From positions 1-34,124 of the forward strand of contig CAYPKQ010000002.1 of the NCBI GenBank assembly GCA_964411355.1: DNA of 34,124 nt, in the 5' to 3' direction. Positions within the stretch are counted from its first letter, which is position 1; the number at the start of each line of letters is the position of its first letter. The notes beneath the pieces were generated by a model. The model saw nothing but the letters and a program-made list of their open reading frames with translations, had not been told where the DNA came from and made no database searches. This document shows, piece after piece, positions 21,613 through 30,258 of this stretch. Both the position numbers and the translations under genes were made by a program. Source of the DNA: an uncultured Lachnospiraceae bacterium. GTDB lineage: Bacteria > Bacillota > Clostridia > Oscillospirales > CAG-272.

Positions 21613-23448
21613 TTGGAAAACAGACTTGAATTACTTCTCGAAAAAGCAAATACTCTCCCTCTGTCTCCCGGGGTCTATATAATGAAGGACAAGGCGGGAA
21701 AGGTCATCTATGTGGGAAAATCTAAAAAACTGAGAAACAGAGTTTCCCGGTATTTTCAGAATAGTGAAAAGAATCTGAAAACCATGAAGATGGTCTTGCT
21801 TGTCCATGATTTTGATTATTTCCTTTGCGATACGGAAATTGAAGCATTGACTCTCGAAAACCGTATGATAAAGCAGTATAGCCCCAAATATAATATAAAG
21901 CTGAAGGATTCAAAGAGCTATCCCTATATAAAGGTGACGGGCGGAGAATATCCGCAAATAGTTTATACAAGACGCAGAACTGCCGAGAGGGGTGCAAGAT
22001 ATTTCGGTCCATATTCGGGAACGGGAACTGTTTTTTCTGTTATAAATCTTCTTCAAAAGAGTCTTGGAATCCCCTCCTGCAAAAGAAGCTTTCCCCGCGA
22101 TATCGGAAAGGAGCGTCCCTGCCTTTATTATCAGATGGGGCAGTGCATGGGCGTTTGTACGGGAAAGGTAAGCCCGAAAGAATATGAGGAAACTGTAAAA
22201 TGTGCCGTAAATATACTGCGTGGAAATACCTCTGCCGCAAAAAAAGAGCTTAGCGAGCAGATGATGCGCTATGCCGAGGAGGAAAAATTCGAGGTTGCCG
22301 CAAGATGCCGAGATGCGATTTCCGCTCTTGAGAGCCTCAGCCAGAAGCAAAAGGTGGTTGCTGCGCCTGATGCGGATAAGGATGTTTTTGCGCTTTATTC
22401 CGATGAAAGCTGCTCGGTTATTTCCGTGTTCAATATCAGAGAGGGAGCAGTTACCGATAAAAATGAGTTTTATTTCGGTGCGGATAAGATTGCTGATGAG
22501 GAGGCAATGCCGTCCTTTATCGGAGATTATTATTTGAAGAGGGAATATATCCCCCATGAGGTTCTTCTGGATTTTACCATAGATGAGGAGGAAGCGGAAA
22601 TGCTTACCGAATATCTTGGAAGTATGGCGGGAAGAAGGGTTGAGATAAGAACGCCCGAGAGGGGCGATATGAGAACGCTTTGCCGCATGGTCTATGCCAA
22701 TGCCAAGGATAAGGCAAAGCTCTATAAGATAAATGCGGAAAAGGATGAGAGCTCGCTGGTGCTTCTTGCATCGCTTCTCTCCCTTGAGGTTATTCCGGAG
22801 CGCATCGAGGCATACGATATATCAAATATCGGATCGGAGCATAAAACGGCCGGAATGGTGGTTGCAAAGGAAGGTAAACTTCGCCGCTCGGATTACAGAA
22901 GCTTTACTATAAGGACTGTGGAAGGAATTGACGATTATGGGAGTATGCGCGAGGCACTGAAGAGAAGGCTTGAGCATCTTTCGGACGAGGTGGGCTCTTT
23001 CTCGGAAATGCCCGATCTTATTCTGCTTGATGGCGGAAAAGGTCATGTTTCAAGTGTCAGGGCATTGATGCGTGAAATGAGCATCGACATACCCACATTT
23101 GGTATGGTAAAGGACGATTTTCATAAAACAAGAGCACTTTGCGATGAGGAAAGAGAAATAAGCATCGCAAGGGAACAGTCTGTATTCTCGCTGATTTACA
23201 GAATACAGGAGGAGGTTCACAGATATAGCGTTTCGAGAATGGATAGCGCAAAACGCAAAACTCTCACAACTTCGTCTCTTGAAAAGATCGACGGAATAGG
23301 AAAGGCAAAGTCAAAGGCTCTTCTCACCTATTTTGGAGGACTTTCAAAGGTCAAAGAGGCAACAAAAGAAGAGCTTTGTACTGTAGGCGGCATCGGAGCA
23401 AAGGATGCAGAAAATATATATCGGTATTTTCACGGGGATGAAAACTGA
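21613..23448 (+). CDS. uvrC: Excinuclease ABC subunit C (UvrC)
   Basis: It has a GIY-YIG N-terminus (PGVYIMKDKAGKVIYVGKSKKLRNRV), a UVR domain and a C-terminal HhH (IDGIGKAKSKALL). I prefer the TTG at 21613 (RBS GAAGGGGGG) because the ATG at 21577 lies inside the ptsH terminator. Confidence 0.9.
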   Translation: MENRLELLLEKANTLPLSPGVYIMKDKAGKVIYVGKSKKLRNRVSRYFQNSEKNLKTMKMVLLVHDFDYFLCDTEIEALTLENRMIKQYSPKYNIKLKDSKSYPYIKVTGGEYPQIVYTRRRTAERGARYFGPYSGTGTVFSVINLLQKSLGIPSCKRSFPRDIGKERPCLYYQMGQCMGVCTGKVSPKEYEETVKCAVNILRGNTSAAKKELSEQMMRYAEEEKFEVAARCRDAISALESLSQKQKVVAAPDADKDVFALYSDESCSVISVFNIREGAVTDKNEFYFGADKIADEEAMPSFIGDYYLKREYIPHEVLLDFTIDEEEAEMLTEYLGSMAGRRVEIRTPERGDMRTLCRMVYANAKDKAKLYKINAEKDESSLVLLASLLSLEVIPERIEAYDISNIGSEHKTAGMVVAKEGKLRRSDYRSFTIRTVEGIDDYGSMREALKRRLEHLSDEVGSFSEMPDLILLDGGKGHVSSVRALMREMSIDIPTFGMVKDDFHKTRALCDEEREISIAREQSVFSLIYRIQEEVHRYSVSRMDSAKRKTLTTSSLEKIDGIGKAKSKALLTYFGGLSKVKEATKEELCTVGGIGAKDAENIYRYFHGDEN

Positions 23449-23465
23449 TTTTTGAGGTGAATTAT

Positions 23466-24071
23466 ATGATGAGAATAATAACGGGCAAGGCAAAGGGAAT
23501 AAGACTTGCTACTCTTGACGGTGAAGCGACACGTCCAACCTCCGAGAGAACAAAGGAAGCTGTTTTTTCCATGCTTCAATTCGATATTGAGGACAGACGA
23601 GTGCTTGACCTTTTTGCAGGCTCGGGACAGATGGGGCTTGAAGCCCTCAGCCGAGGGGCGCAGAGTGCGGTTCTGGTGGATCACGCAAAGGCGGCAATTT
23701 CAGTTATAAAGCAGAATATAGAAAAAACAAGGCTTGACGGGGCAACGGCTGTTTGTGCCGATTCTCTTGAATATCTCCGCGCCGAGGGCAGATGCAGAGA
23801 GGGAAACGAGAGCGCAAAATTTGATATAGTTTTTCTTGATCCCCCCTATGCCGACAGAATAATTCCGCGAGCCATAGAGCTCCTTCTTAGTGGCAGACTT
23901 ATCAAGCGTACTTCTCTTATTGTTTGCGAAAGTGCTTCAAATGATGATGTTTTCGGTGGAAATCATGAGCTTGAAGCACGCTTTGAGGTTCTTCGCACCA
24001 TGAAGCACGGAATTGCATATATAAATCTTATAACGCCGAAAAAAGGCGAGGACGATGAAAATGATGGGTGA
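23466..24071 (+). CDS. rsmD: 16S rRNA (guanine966-N2)-methyltransferase RsmD
   Basis: It has MRIITGKAKG, RPTSERTKEAVFSML, LDLFAGSGQMGLEALSRGA and FLDPPY. The start is the ATG at 23466 (GAGGTG RBS). Confidence 0.88.
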   Translation: MMRIITGKAKGIRLATLDGEATRPTSERTKEAVFSMLQFDIEDRRVLDLFAGSGQMGLEALSRGAQSAVLVDHAKAAISVIKQNIEKTRLDGATAVCADSLEYLRAEGRCREGNESAKFDIVFLDPPYADRIIPRAIELLLSGRLIKRTSLIVCESASNDDVFGGNHELEARFEVLRTMKHGIAYINLITPKKGEDDENDG

Positions 24072-24570
24072 TAATAAATACCGCATTGCCATCGTTCCCG
24101 GCAGCTTTGACCCAATAACGGTGGGGCATATAGACATTCTGAGGCGCACCGCAGCTCTTTATGATAAGGTCTATCTTGCGCTTCTGATAAATCCCGGTAA
24201 AAAGTACCTTTTCGATACCGAAACAAGGATAGAGATCGCACATCTTGCAGCAAGTGATATCCCCAATGCCGAGGTGGTATATAGCGATGGTATGCTTTAT
24301 GCTCTTGCGAGAGAGCTTTCTTGCTCTGTCATTGTAAAAGGCGTTCGGAACGAGACTGATTTTGCATATGAAATGAAAATGGCACTCTATAACAGAGAGC
24401 TTGCTCCCGAAATCGAAACGGTTTTTCTTCCCTGCGATGAAAAAAATGCGGATATCAGCTCAACTCTTGTCCGAAATCTTCTTGCCGAGGGAAAAGAAGA
24501 CGAGGCTGCGAAAATTTTGCCGCAGGGCGCAATAGAAATAATAAAAAAACGAGGTTTTAGCTTTAAATGA
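24055..24570 (+). CDS. coaD: Phosphopantetheine adenylyltransferase CoaD
   Basis: It has IAIVPGSFDPITVGHIDIL and ISSTLVR. The true start may be the ATG at 24061 or 24064, which have better spacing to GAGG. It overlaps the rsmD 3' end. Confidence 0.9.
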   Translation: MKMMGDNKYRIAIVPGSFDPITVGHIDILRRTAALYDKVYLALLINPGKKYLFDTETRIEIAHLAASDIPNAEVVYSDGMLYALARELSCSVIVKGVRNETDFAYEMKMALYNRELAPEIETVFLPCDEKNADISSTLVRNLLAEGKEDEAAKILPQGAIEIIKKRGFSFK

Positions 24571-25877
24571 TACCGGTCAGAATAAATGCGGGAAGGGGAA
24601 AGCTTCTCGCAGTAAAGACAGATAAATTTAAGATAGAGCTTTTGACTCTCAGTATGGCTTTTCCCGCATCGCCAAGGAAAAGAGGACTGTGTTCGCTTCT
24701 TTTCAGCACACTCAGATGCGGCTGTGTACCATATCCCGATATTGCATCTCTCAGCCGCAGGCTTGACGACCTTTATGATGCAAATATCACAACCATGATG
24801 AATCCTATAGGGGATAGCGTTTCTGCAGGATTTTTCTGCGAATGTCTTGCGAAAGAATGTGCCCCCGGTGAAGAGGATCTGCTTGGAGGCACTCTTGATA
24901 CTCTTCATAAAATGCTCTATGAACCATTATTTGATGAAAACGGCTTTTTCAGAAAAAAAAACGTTGAGATAGAAAAAAAGAACCTCTGCGACAGCATAAG
25001 AGCATCTGAAAATGACCCCAAATACCTCTCGGCAACTCTTTGCCGAGAGGTGATGTTTGCGGACGAGATCGGCGGACTTCCTCATTATGAACCTGTTGAG
25101 AAAATAATGGAGATAACTCCAAGGGATATAACCGAATTTCACCGTGAATATCTGACGCTCTCAGAGCCGCTCTTTATTTATGTGGGGAGCCGAGATGCCA
25201 CGGAGGTGAAGTCTCTTATAGAGTGCTATTTCCCCGAGCTTGGGGGCAGTTCTGCCGAATTTGAGAGACCCGAAATTAAAAAAGCTCCTTCCGAGATGCG
25301 ATATGCAGAGGAGGAGATGGCGGTGCTTCAGGGCAAGCTTACTATGGGCTTTCGCGCGGATATCGGTGCAAATGACCGGGGCAGATATGCCGCAATGCTC
25401 TTAAATGAGATCTTCGGAGGCTCACCGGCTTCAAAGCTCTTTAAAAATGTAAGAGAAAATCAGAGCCTTTGCTATTCCTGCTCATCAATTTATAATTATA
25501 ATAAGGGGGCGATTTTCGTTCAGTCGGGGATCAGCAATGAAAATAAGGATAGGGTCATAGGTGAGATAATTTCCCAATTTGATGATATCAAAAAGGGGGA
25601 GATTACCGAATACGAGCTGATGTGCGCAAAGCACTCAATGGAAAACTCAATAAGACAATCCTTTGACTCTCCCTATTCGATCGAGCATTTTTACAGAGCA
25701 CGGACGATTTCGGGAATAGATGAAACGCCAAGTGATATAATTTCATCCCTTGAGGGGCTTGACGCTGCCGATATTGCGAGTGCTGCCCGCCGATTCGGAG
25801 CAGACACCTGTGCCTTTATAAGAGGAACGCTTACGGGAGACGGTGAATATGACGAGGAGAGCGAATATGACGAATAA
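24567..25877 (+). CDS. M16 (pitrilysin/insulinase) family protein, non-catalytic partner (no HxxEH)
   Basis: 436 aa with the M16 fold pattern but no zinc motif. It has an ATGA overlap with coaD and a C-terminal acidic tail. It is paired with the next gene, as in YmfF/YmfH-type pairs. Confidence 0.7.
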   Translation: MIPVRINAGRGKLLAVKTDKFKIELLTLSMAFPASPRKRGLCSLLFSTLRCGCVPYPDIASLSRRLDDLYDANITTMMNPIGDSVSAGFFCECLAKECAPGEEDLLGGTLDTLHKMLYEPLFDENGFFRKKNVEIEKKNLCDSIRASENDPKYLSATLCREVMFADEIGGLPHYEPVEKIMEITPRDITEFHREYLTLSEPLFIYVGSRDATEVKSLIECYFPELGGSSAEFERPEIKKAPSEMRYAEEEMAVLQGKLTMGFRADIGANDRGRYAAMLLNEIFGGSPASKLFKNVRENQSLCYSCSSIYNYNKGAIFVQSGISNENKDRVIGEIISQFDDIKKGEITEYELMCAKHSMENSIRQSFDSPYSIEHFYRARTISGIDETPSDIISSLEGLDAADIASAARRFGADTCAFIRGTLTGDGEYDEESEYDE

Positions 25878-27177
25878 TGAAATAAAAACTGTAAAAAGCA
25901 CTCTTCTCGGTGAGGAATATAAGCATATAAAGCATAAAAGCGGACTTGATATTTATGTCTATCCCAAAAATCTCAGCACTACATATGCTGTTTTCGGGAC
26001 GCATTATGGCTCCATCGACAATTGCTTTAAGCTTGAGGGGGAGGATGAATATACCACGGTTCCCGGGGGAATAGCTCATTTTCTTGAGCATAAAATGTTC
26101 ACAAACGAGGATGGAAGTGACTCCTTTGAGCGCTTTTCTGAGCTTGGCGCAGATGCAAATGCATATACCTCCTATGATAAAACGATCTTCCTTTTCAGTT
26201 GCACTTCAAATTTTAGTGAGTGCCTTACAGAGCTTCTCCGCTTTGTGACTCATCCCTATTTCACAGAGGAATCTGTCGCAAAGGAGCAGGGAATAATCGG
26301 TGAGGAGATAGGAATGTATGATGATATGCCTCATAACCGTTCCTATTATGGGATGCTTGAGGGGCTTTACAGCGAGCACGATATAAAAAATAATATCTGC
26401 GGAACGGTGCAGAGCATTTCACGAATAACTCCCGAGCTTCTTTACCGCTGTCATGAGGTTTTTTACAACCTTTCAAATATGGCACTTGTGGTTTGCGGAA
26501 ATGTTTCTGTGGAGGAAGTGCTCACGGTTGCAGACGAGCAGCTTTCCTATGAGAAGCCTGTTAAAATACAGAGAAAAAGAAGAGAAGAGCCGAGCTTTGT
26601 TGCGTCTCCCCGAAAGGAGCAGAAAATGCAGCTTGCAAAGCCAATCTTCGATATAGGAATAAAGGATACCTGCGTTCCAACGGAAGCTATAATGCGTGAG
26701 AGACGTGAGGTTGCAATGTCTATTGTTCTCGATCTGATTTTTTCTCAAACAGGAGACCTTTTCAGCGAGCTTTATGAGGGAGAAATGATATCCTCTTCAC
26801 TTCATTGCTCATATACAGTTTCCGAGGACTTCGGATTCTGTGCTGTGACGGGTGAAGCGGATGAACCCTATAAGGTTTACGAAAGAATAAAGGAGTATAT
26901 CCTTGAAAAAAGAGAAAAGGGCTTTTCGGAGGAGGATTTTGAGAGATGCCGTAAAGTATTCTATGCATCCTTTGTGAGAGGACTGGATTCTGCCGAGGAT
27001 ATTGCCGAGGACCTCATTGAGCACATTTTTGACGGCTATGATTATTTCGGATATGCCGATATAATAAATGAAATAAGTCTTTCTGAGGTGATGGAGATAT
27101 TCCGTTCATCATTCTCCGAGGAGAGCTTCACCCTTTCGGCTGTTTTCCCATTTGATGAAAAAACGGAGGTTAAATAA
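25867..27177 (+). CDS. M16 family zinc peptidase (catalytic subunit)
   Basis: It has the HxxEH motif in GIAHFLEHKMF. The start is the ATG at 25867 (AGGAGA-N6-ATG), overlapping the upstream stop. Confidence 0.8.
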   Translation: MTNNEIKTVKSTLLGEEYKHIKHKSGLDIYVYPKNLSTTYAVFGTHYGSIDNCFKLEGEDEYTTVPGGIAHFLEHKMFTNEDGSDSFERFSELGADANAYTSYDKTIFLFSCTSNFSECLTELLRFVTHPYFTEESVAKEQGIIGEEIGMYDDMPHNRSYYGMLEGLYSEHDIKNNICGTVQSISRITPELLYRCHEVFYNLSNMALVVCGNVSVEEVLTVADEQLSYEKPVKIQRKRREEPSFVASPRKEQKMQLAKPIFDIGIKDTCVPTEAIMRERREVAMSIVLDLIFSQTGDLFSELYEGEMISSSLHCSYTVSEDFGFCAVTGEADEPYKVYERIKEYILEKREKGFSEEDFERCRKVFYASFVRGLDSAEDIAEDLIEHIFDGYDYFGYADIINEISLSEVMEIFRSSFSEESFTLSAVFPFDEKTEVK

Positions 27178-27179
27178 AG

Positions 27180-28034
27180 ATGACACAGATTGCTTTTCCC
27201 GGACTTGGGATAGATATGTTCAGTATAGACCCCGTGGCAATAAGGCTGCTCGGACTTGAGATAAGATGGTACGGTCTTATTATCGTAACGGGAATAATAC
27301 TCGCATTTGCCTGTGCAGTTTACCGTAGCAAGAGAGAGGGCTTCACAAATGACGATATGCTTGATCTCTTTATATATACGGTGCTTTGCGGAGTGGTCGG
27401 AGCAAGGCTGTATTATGTACTTACGAGCCTTGACAGATATGACAGCTTCTGGCAGTTTTTTGAAATATGGAATGGCGGAATCGGTATTTATGGCGGTATA
27501 ATCGGCGGATGCATCGGTATTTTTGCGGTGTGCAAGGTCAAGAAAAAGAGCTTTATTCGAGCTTTTGATATGGCTGCACCTGCCGTTATGATAGGTCAGA
27601 TTGTTGGAAGATGGGGCAATTTCTGCAATGGTGAGGCATATGGTGATATATCGAAATTTGAGTTTTTCGGAAAGGTCTTTGAAACACCGAATGCCTCCTC
27701 TCTCCCGTGGGTGATGCAGGTGAATTCCTATGCCAGCGGATATGAGACTGTAATGGCACATCCGACCTTCCTTTATGAGTCACTCTGGAACCTTATCGGA
27801 TTTGTTATTATCAATGCAGTATATAAAAACAAAAAATTTGACGGTCAGATTTGCCTTATGTATTTTGCATGGTACGGCTTTGGCAGAATGTTCATAGAGG
27901 GATTCCGTGCCGACAGCCTTTATGTTGGATCTATTAAGATATCACAGCTTATCGGACTTCTCAGCGCAGTTCTGTGCAGCTTTGCAATAGTATTTATTTT
28001 GATCAGAAAGAAAAAGGAGACAAAAAATGGCTAA
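27180..28034 (+). CDS. lgt: Prolipoprotein diacylglyceryl transferase Lgt
   Basis: 284 aa with IRWYGLIIVTG, GARLYYV, GGIGIYGG and GRWGNFCNGEAYG. Confidence 0.92.
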   Translation: MTQIAFPGLGIDMFSIDPVAIRLLGLEIRWYGLIIVTGIILAFACAVYRSKREGFTNDDMLDLFIYTVLCGVVGARLYYVLTSLDRYDSFWQFFEIWNGGIGIYGGIIGGCIGIFAVCKVKKKSFIRAFDMAAPAVMIGQIVGRWGNFCNGEAYGDISKFEFFGKVFETPNASSLPWVMQVNSYASGYETVMAHPTFLYESLWNLIGFVIINAVYKNKKFDGQICLMYFAWYGFGRMFIEGFRADSLYVGSIKISQLIGLLSAVLCSFAIVFILIRKKKETKNG

Positions 28035-28878
28035 AATAATTGACGGAAAGGCAATATCTGCCGCTATAAGAGAGGAAATAACAGAGGAAGTAAAGGTTTT
28101 TGAGAGCGAAAACGGCTTTCGTCCCGGACTTGCCGTTATAATCGTCGGAGAGAATCCCGCATCGAAGGTTTATGTCAGAAATAAAAAGCTGGCTTGCGAG
28201 CAGGTGGGATTTAATTCCGAGGTCATCGAAATGCCCGAGGTAACAACAGAAGATGAGCTTCTTTCGGTTATCGAGCGTCTCAATGAAGATAAGAATACTC
28301 ATGGAATTCTCGTTCAGCTTCCTCTGCCGAAGCATATAAATGAGGAGTCTGTCCTCTTAAAGATCGATCCCTCAAAGGACGTTGACGCTTTCCATCCCTT
28401 TAATGTGGGCAAGATAATGACGGGCAATTTTGACCTTGCGCCCTGCACCCCTGCGGGAGTTATGGAGCTTATCAGACGCAGCGGAATCGAGACAAAGGGT
28501 AAGGAATGTGTTATCGTAGGAAGAAGTAACATCGTTGGTAAGCCCCAGGCAATGCTTATGCTTCAGGCAGATGCAACGGTAACCATCTGTCATTCGAGAA
28601 CTAAGGATCTTGCTGCTGCTTGCCGCCGTGCGGATATTCTTATTGCCGCCATCGGAAAGCCTAATTTTTTCACAGCAGATATGGTGAAGGAAGGTGCAGT
28701 GGTTATTGACGTTGGAATCAACCGCAACGATGACGGAAAGCTTTGCGGTGACGTGAACTTTACCGAGGTTGAGCCTAAGGCTTCCTATATCACCCCCGTT
28801 CCGGGCGGTGTCGGACCTATGACCATCACAATGCTTCTTAAAAATACCCTTAATGCCGCAAAGGCAAGTCTTAAATAA
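28027..28878 (+). CDS. folD: Bifunctional methylenetetrahydrofolate dehydrogenase/methenyl-THF cyclohydrolase FolD
   Basis: 283 aa with IIDGKAIS, PGLAVIIVGENPASKVYVRNK, GILVQLPLP, VIVGRSNIVGKP and PVPGGVGPMTI. Confidence 0.95.
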   Translation: MAKIIDGKAISAAIREEITEEVKVFESENGFRPGLAVIIVGENPASKVYVRNKKLACEQVGFNSEVIEMPEVTTEDELLSVIERLNEDKNTHGILVQLPLPKHINEESVLLKIDPSKDVDAFHPFNVGKIMTGNFDLAPCTPAGVMELIRRSGIETKGKECVIVGRSNIVGKPQAMLMLQADATVTICHSRTKDLAAACRRADILIAAIGKPNFFTADMVKEGAVVIDVGINRNDDGKLCGDVNFTEVEPKASYITPVPGGVGPMTITMLLKNTLNAAKASLK

Positions 28879-28880
28879 GA

Positions 28881-28924
28881 ATAGCCGTGACAGAGTTTCT
28901 CGCTCTTGCCACGGCTATTTTTTC
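28881..28924 (+). terminator. Rho-independent terminator after folD
   Basis: ATAGCCGTG (28881-28889) pairs with CACGGCTAT (28910-28918) and is followed by TTTTTT. Confidence 0.8.
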
Positions 28925-28926
28925 AT

Positions 28927-29043
28927 AAACAGTAATTTAGCGAACTGTAGGATACCGATTAAAAAATGAGCTGATCTGTAGGGGACGTCGAGGTCGCCGT
29001 CCCCTACAAAATACATCTTCAACAGTTCGATAAATTACTGTTT
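28927..29043. repeat. Compact complete copy (117 bp) of the AAACAGTAATTT-terminated palindromic repeat family
   Basis: The terminal inverted repeats are AAACAGTAATTTAGCGAACTGT (left) and ACAGTTCGATAAATTACTGTTT (right). The central hairpin is TGTAGGGGACG-tcgaggtcgc-CGTCCCCTACA. Confidence 0.85.
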
Positions 29044-29053
29044 GAAAACATTA

Positions 29054-29257
29054 TTACTTGTTGTGATACTCATCAAAAAGGTCGTTTGGAGTACATTCGA
29101 GAATGTCGCAAAGCGCTTTAAGATTCTCGTATTTTATTCCCGAGGTTTTATTATTGACCATGTTATTAAAATTCTGGTAACTTAATCCCAACTGAATATA
29201 AAGCCAATATTTTGTTTTTCCTTTTTCCTTTAAAATATCAAGTACGCGCAGTTTCAA
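29054..29257 (-). CDS. XRE/Cro-C1-family HTH transcriptional regulator (67 aa)
   Basis: It has the pattern LRVLDILKEKGKTKYWLYIQLGLSYQNFNNMVNNK...LKALCDILECTPNDLF. The TTG start is preceded by GGAGG-N8. Confidence 0.8.
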   Translation of the reverse strand: MKLRVLDILKEKGKTKYWLYIQLGLSYQNFNNMVNNKTSGIKYENLKALCDILECTPNDLFDEYHNK

Positions 29258-29258
29258 G

Positions 29259-29377
29259 ATGTATACCTCCGTTATATAATGTAAAAATCAGTGTATGTAT
29301 ACATAATATATCAAAAAAGGACTTGACAAATAGATTTTTACATTGTATAATGTATACATTACATATTATGTATACAT
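29259..29377. promoter_or_regulatory. Divergent control region: a consensus promoter for the SLH gene plus a reiterated ATGTATACAT operator-like palindrome
   Basis: TTGACA (29323-29328), a 17-nt spacer, then TATAAT (29346-29351). The perfect 10-bp palindrome ATGTATACAT occurs at 29295-29304, 29350-29359 (overlapping the -10) and 29368-29377. A 9/10 copy, ATGTATACC, lies at 29259-29267 and overlaps the XRE gene RBS. Confidence 0.75.
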
Positions 29378-29434
29378 AACATCGATCATATGCCTGCGGG
29401 TATTTGAAATAAAAATTACAAAAGGAAAAAAATC

Positions 29435-30112
29435 ATGAAAATCAAAAAAATGCTCTGTTTAGCTCTCGCAATTACTTGCTGCATCGGAATACTTGCAACA
29501 AGTGCTTTTGCAAAAAAAGAAATGCCATTTGACAATTATGTCAAAAACAAAACTATGTACAATTATACTTTTAAAGATGTTAAAAGAAGTGATTGGTATT
29601 ATTCCTGCATTAAAAACTGTTATGAGCTTGGTCTTATCAACGGGAAAGGCAACAACACTTTTGAGCCGGACGGTAATATGACAGTTGGTGAAGCAATTGC
29701 GTTTGTTGTAAGGGCTCATGTAAGAAGAAACGGTACTCCCATTATAGCCCCCTTTGACAATACGGATCCACTCTATGCAACATACGTTGATTATGCCATG
29801 AGACATCATTTTAAACTATTTAATACTAAGCTTAATAAAGATGTTGAAATCGATTGGTCGGTTCGAAATTATATTGATCTTGACAGAAAGATAACATTTG
29901 CTGAATTTTGGGTTTTGGCATATTCGGCACTTGGCGAAAATGATCTTTACGGTAGTATTTTGACGGCTTCCGATATTATGCTTGATATTTATCCTTGCTC
30001 ATCACTTCATAGCCGCATTGTTGCTTATAGAAATAGCCTTGAAAACGATTTGACAGCTCCCATTACCCGTGCCGCGGCAGCCCGCATTATCAATTGCTTT
30101 TTCTCAAAATAA
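29435..30112 (+). CDS. Secreted SLH (S-layer homology) domain protein
   Basis: 225 aa. The signal peptide is MKIKKMLCLALAITCCIGILATSAFA. The SLH motif is FKDVKRSDWYYSCIKNCYELGLINGKGNNTFEPDGNMTVGEAIAFVVRA. A degenerate SLH-like C-terminus (LTAPITRAAAARII) follows. Confidence 0.8.
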   Translation: MKIKKMLCLALAITCCIGILATSAFAKKEMPFDNYVKNKTMYNYTFKDVKRSDWYYSCIKNCYELGLINGKGNNTFEPDGNMTVGEAIAFVVRAHVRRNGTPIIAPFDNTDPLYATYVDYAMRHHFKLFNTKLNKDVEIDWSVRNYIDLDRKITFAEFWVLAYSALGENDLYGSILTASDIMLDIYPCSSLHSRIVAYRNSLENDLTAPITRAAAARIINCFFSK

Positions 30113-30152
30113 TATTATTGTTTTAGCATAAGTTTTTCCAAATGTCGCCGAT

Positions 30153-30193
30153 AAACAGTAATTTAGCGCACTGTAGGCGAATGAATTTCATTT
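30153..30193. repeat. Half copy (left terminus only) of the AAACAGTAATTT repeat family
   Basis: AAACAGTAATTTAGCGCACTGTAGG matches 28927-28951 at 24/25 positions. A short AATGAA/TTCATT hairpin follows. I found no right terminus. Confidence 0.7.
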
Positions 30194-30203
30194 GAATTAT
30201 TGC

Positions 30204-30253
30204 AAAAAATCGGGACTGAGTCAAAAGCTTACCGAAAGCAAATGACTCAGCCC
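30204..30253 (-). terminator. Rho-independent terminator of pyk (minus strand)
   Basis: The minus strand reads GGGCTGAGTCA...TGACTCAGTCCC followed by GATTTTTTG. Confidence 0.75.
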
Positions 30254-30258
30254 CTCTA

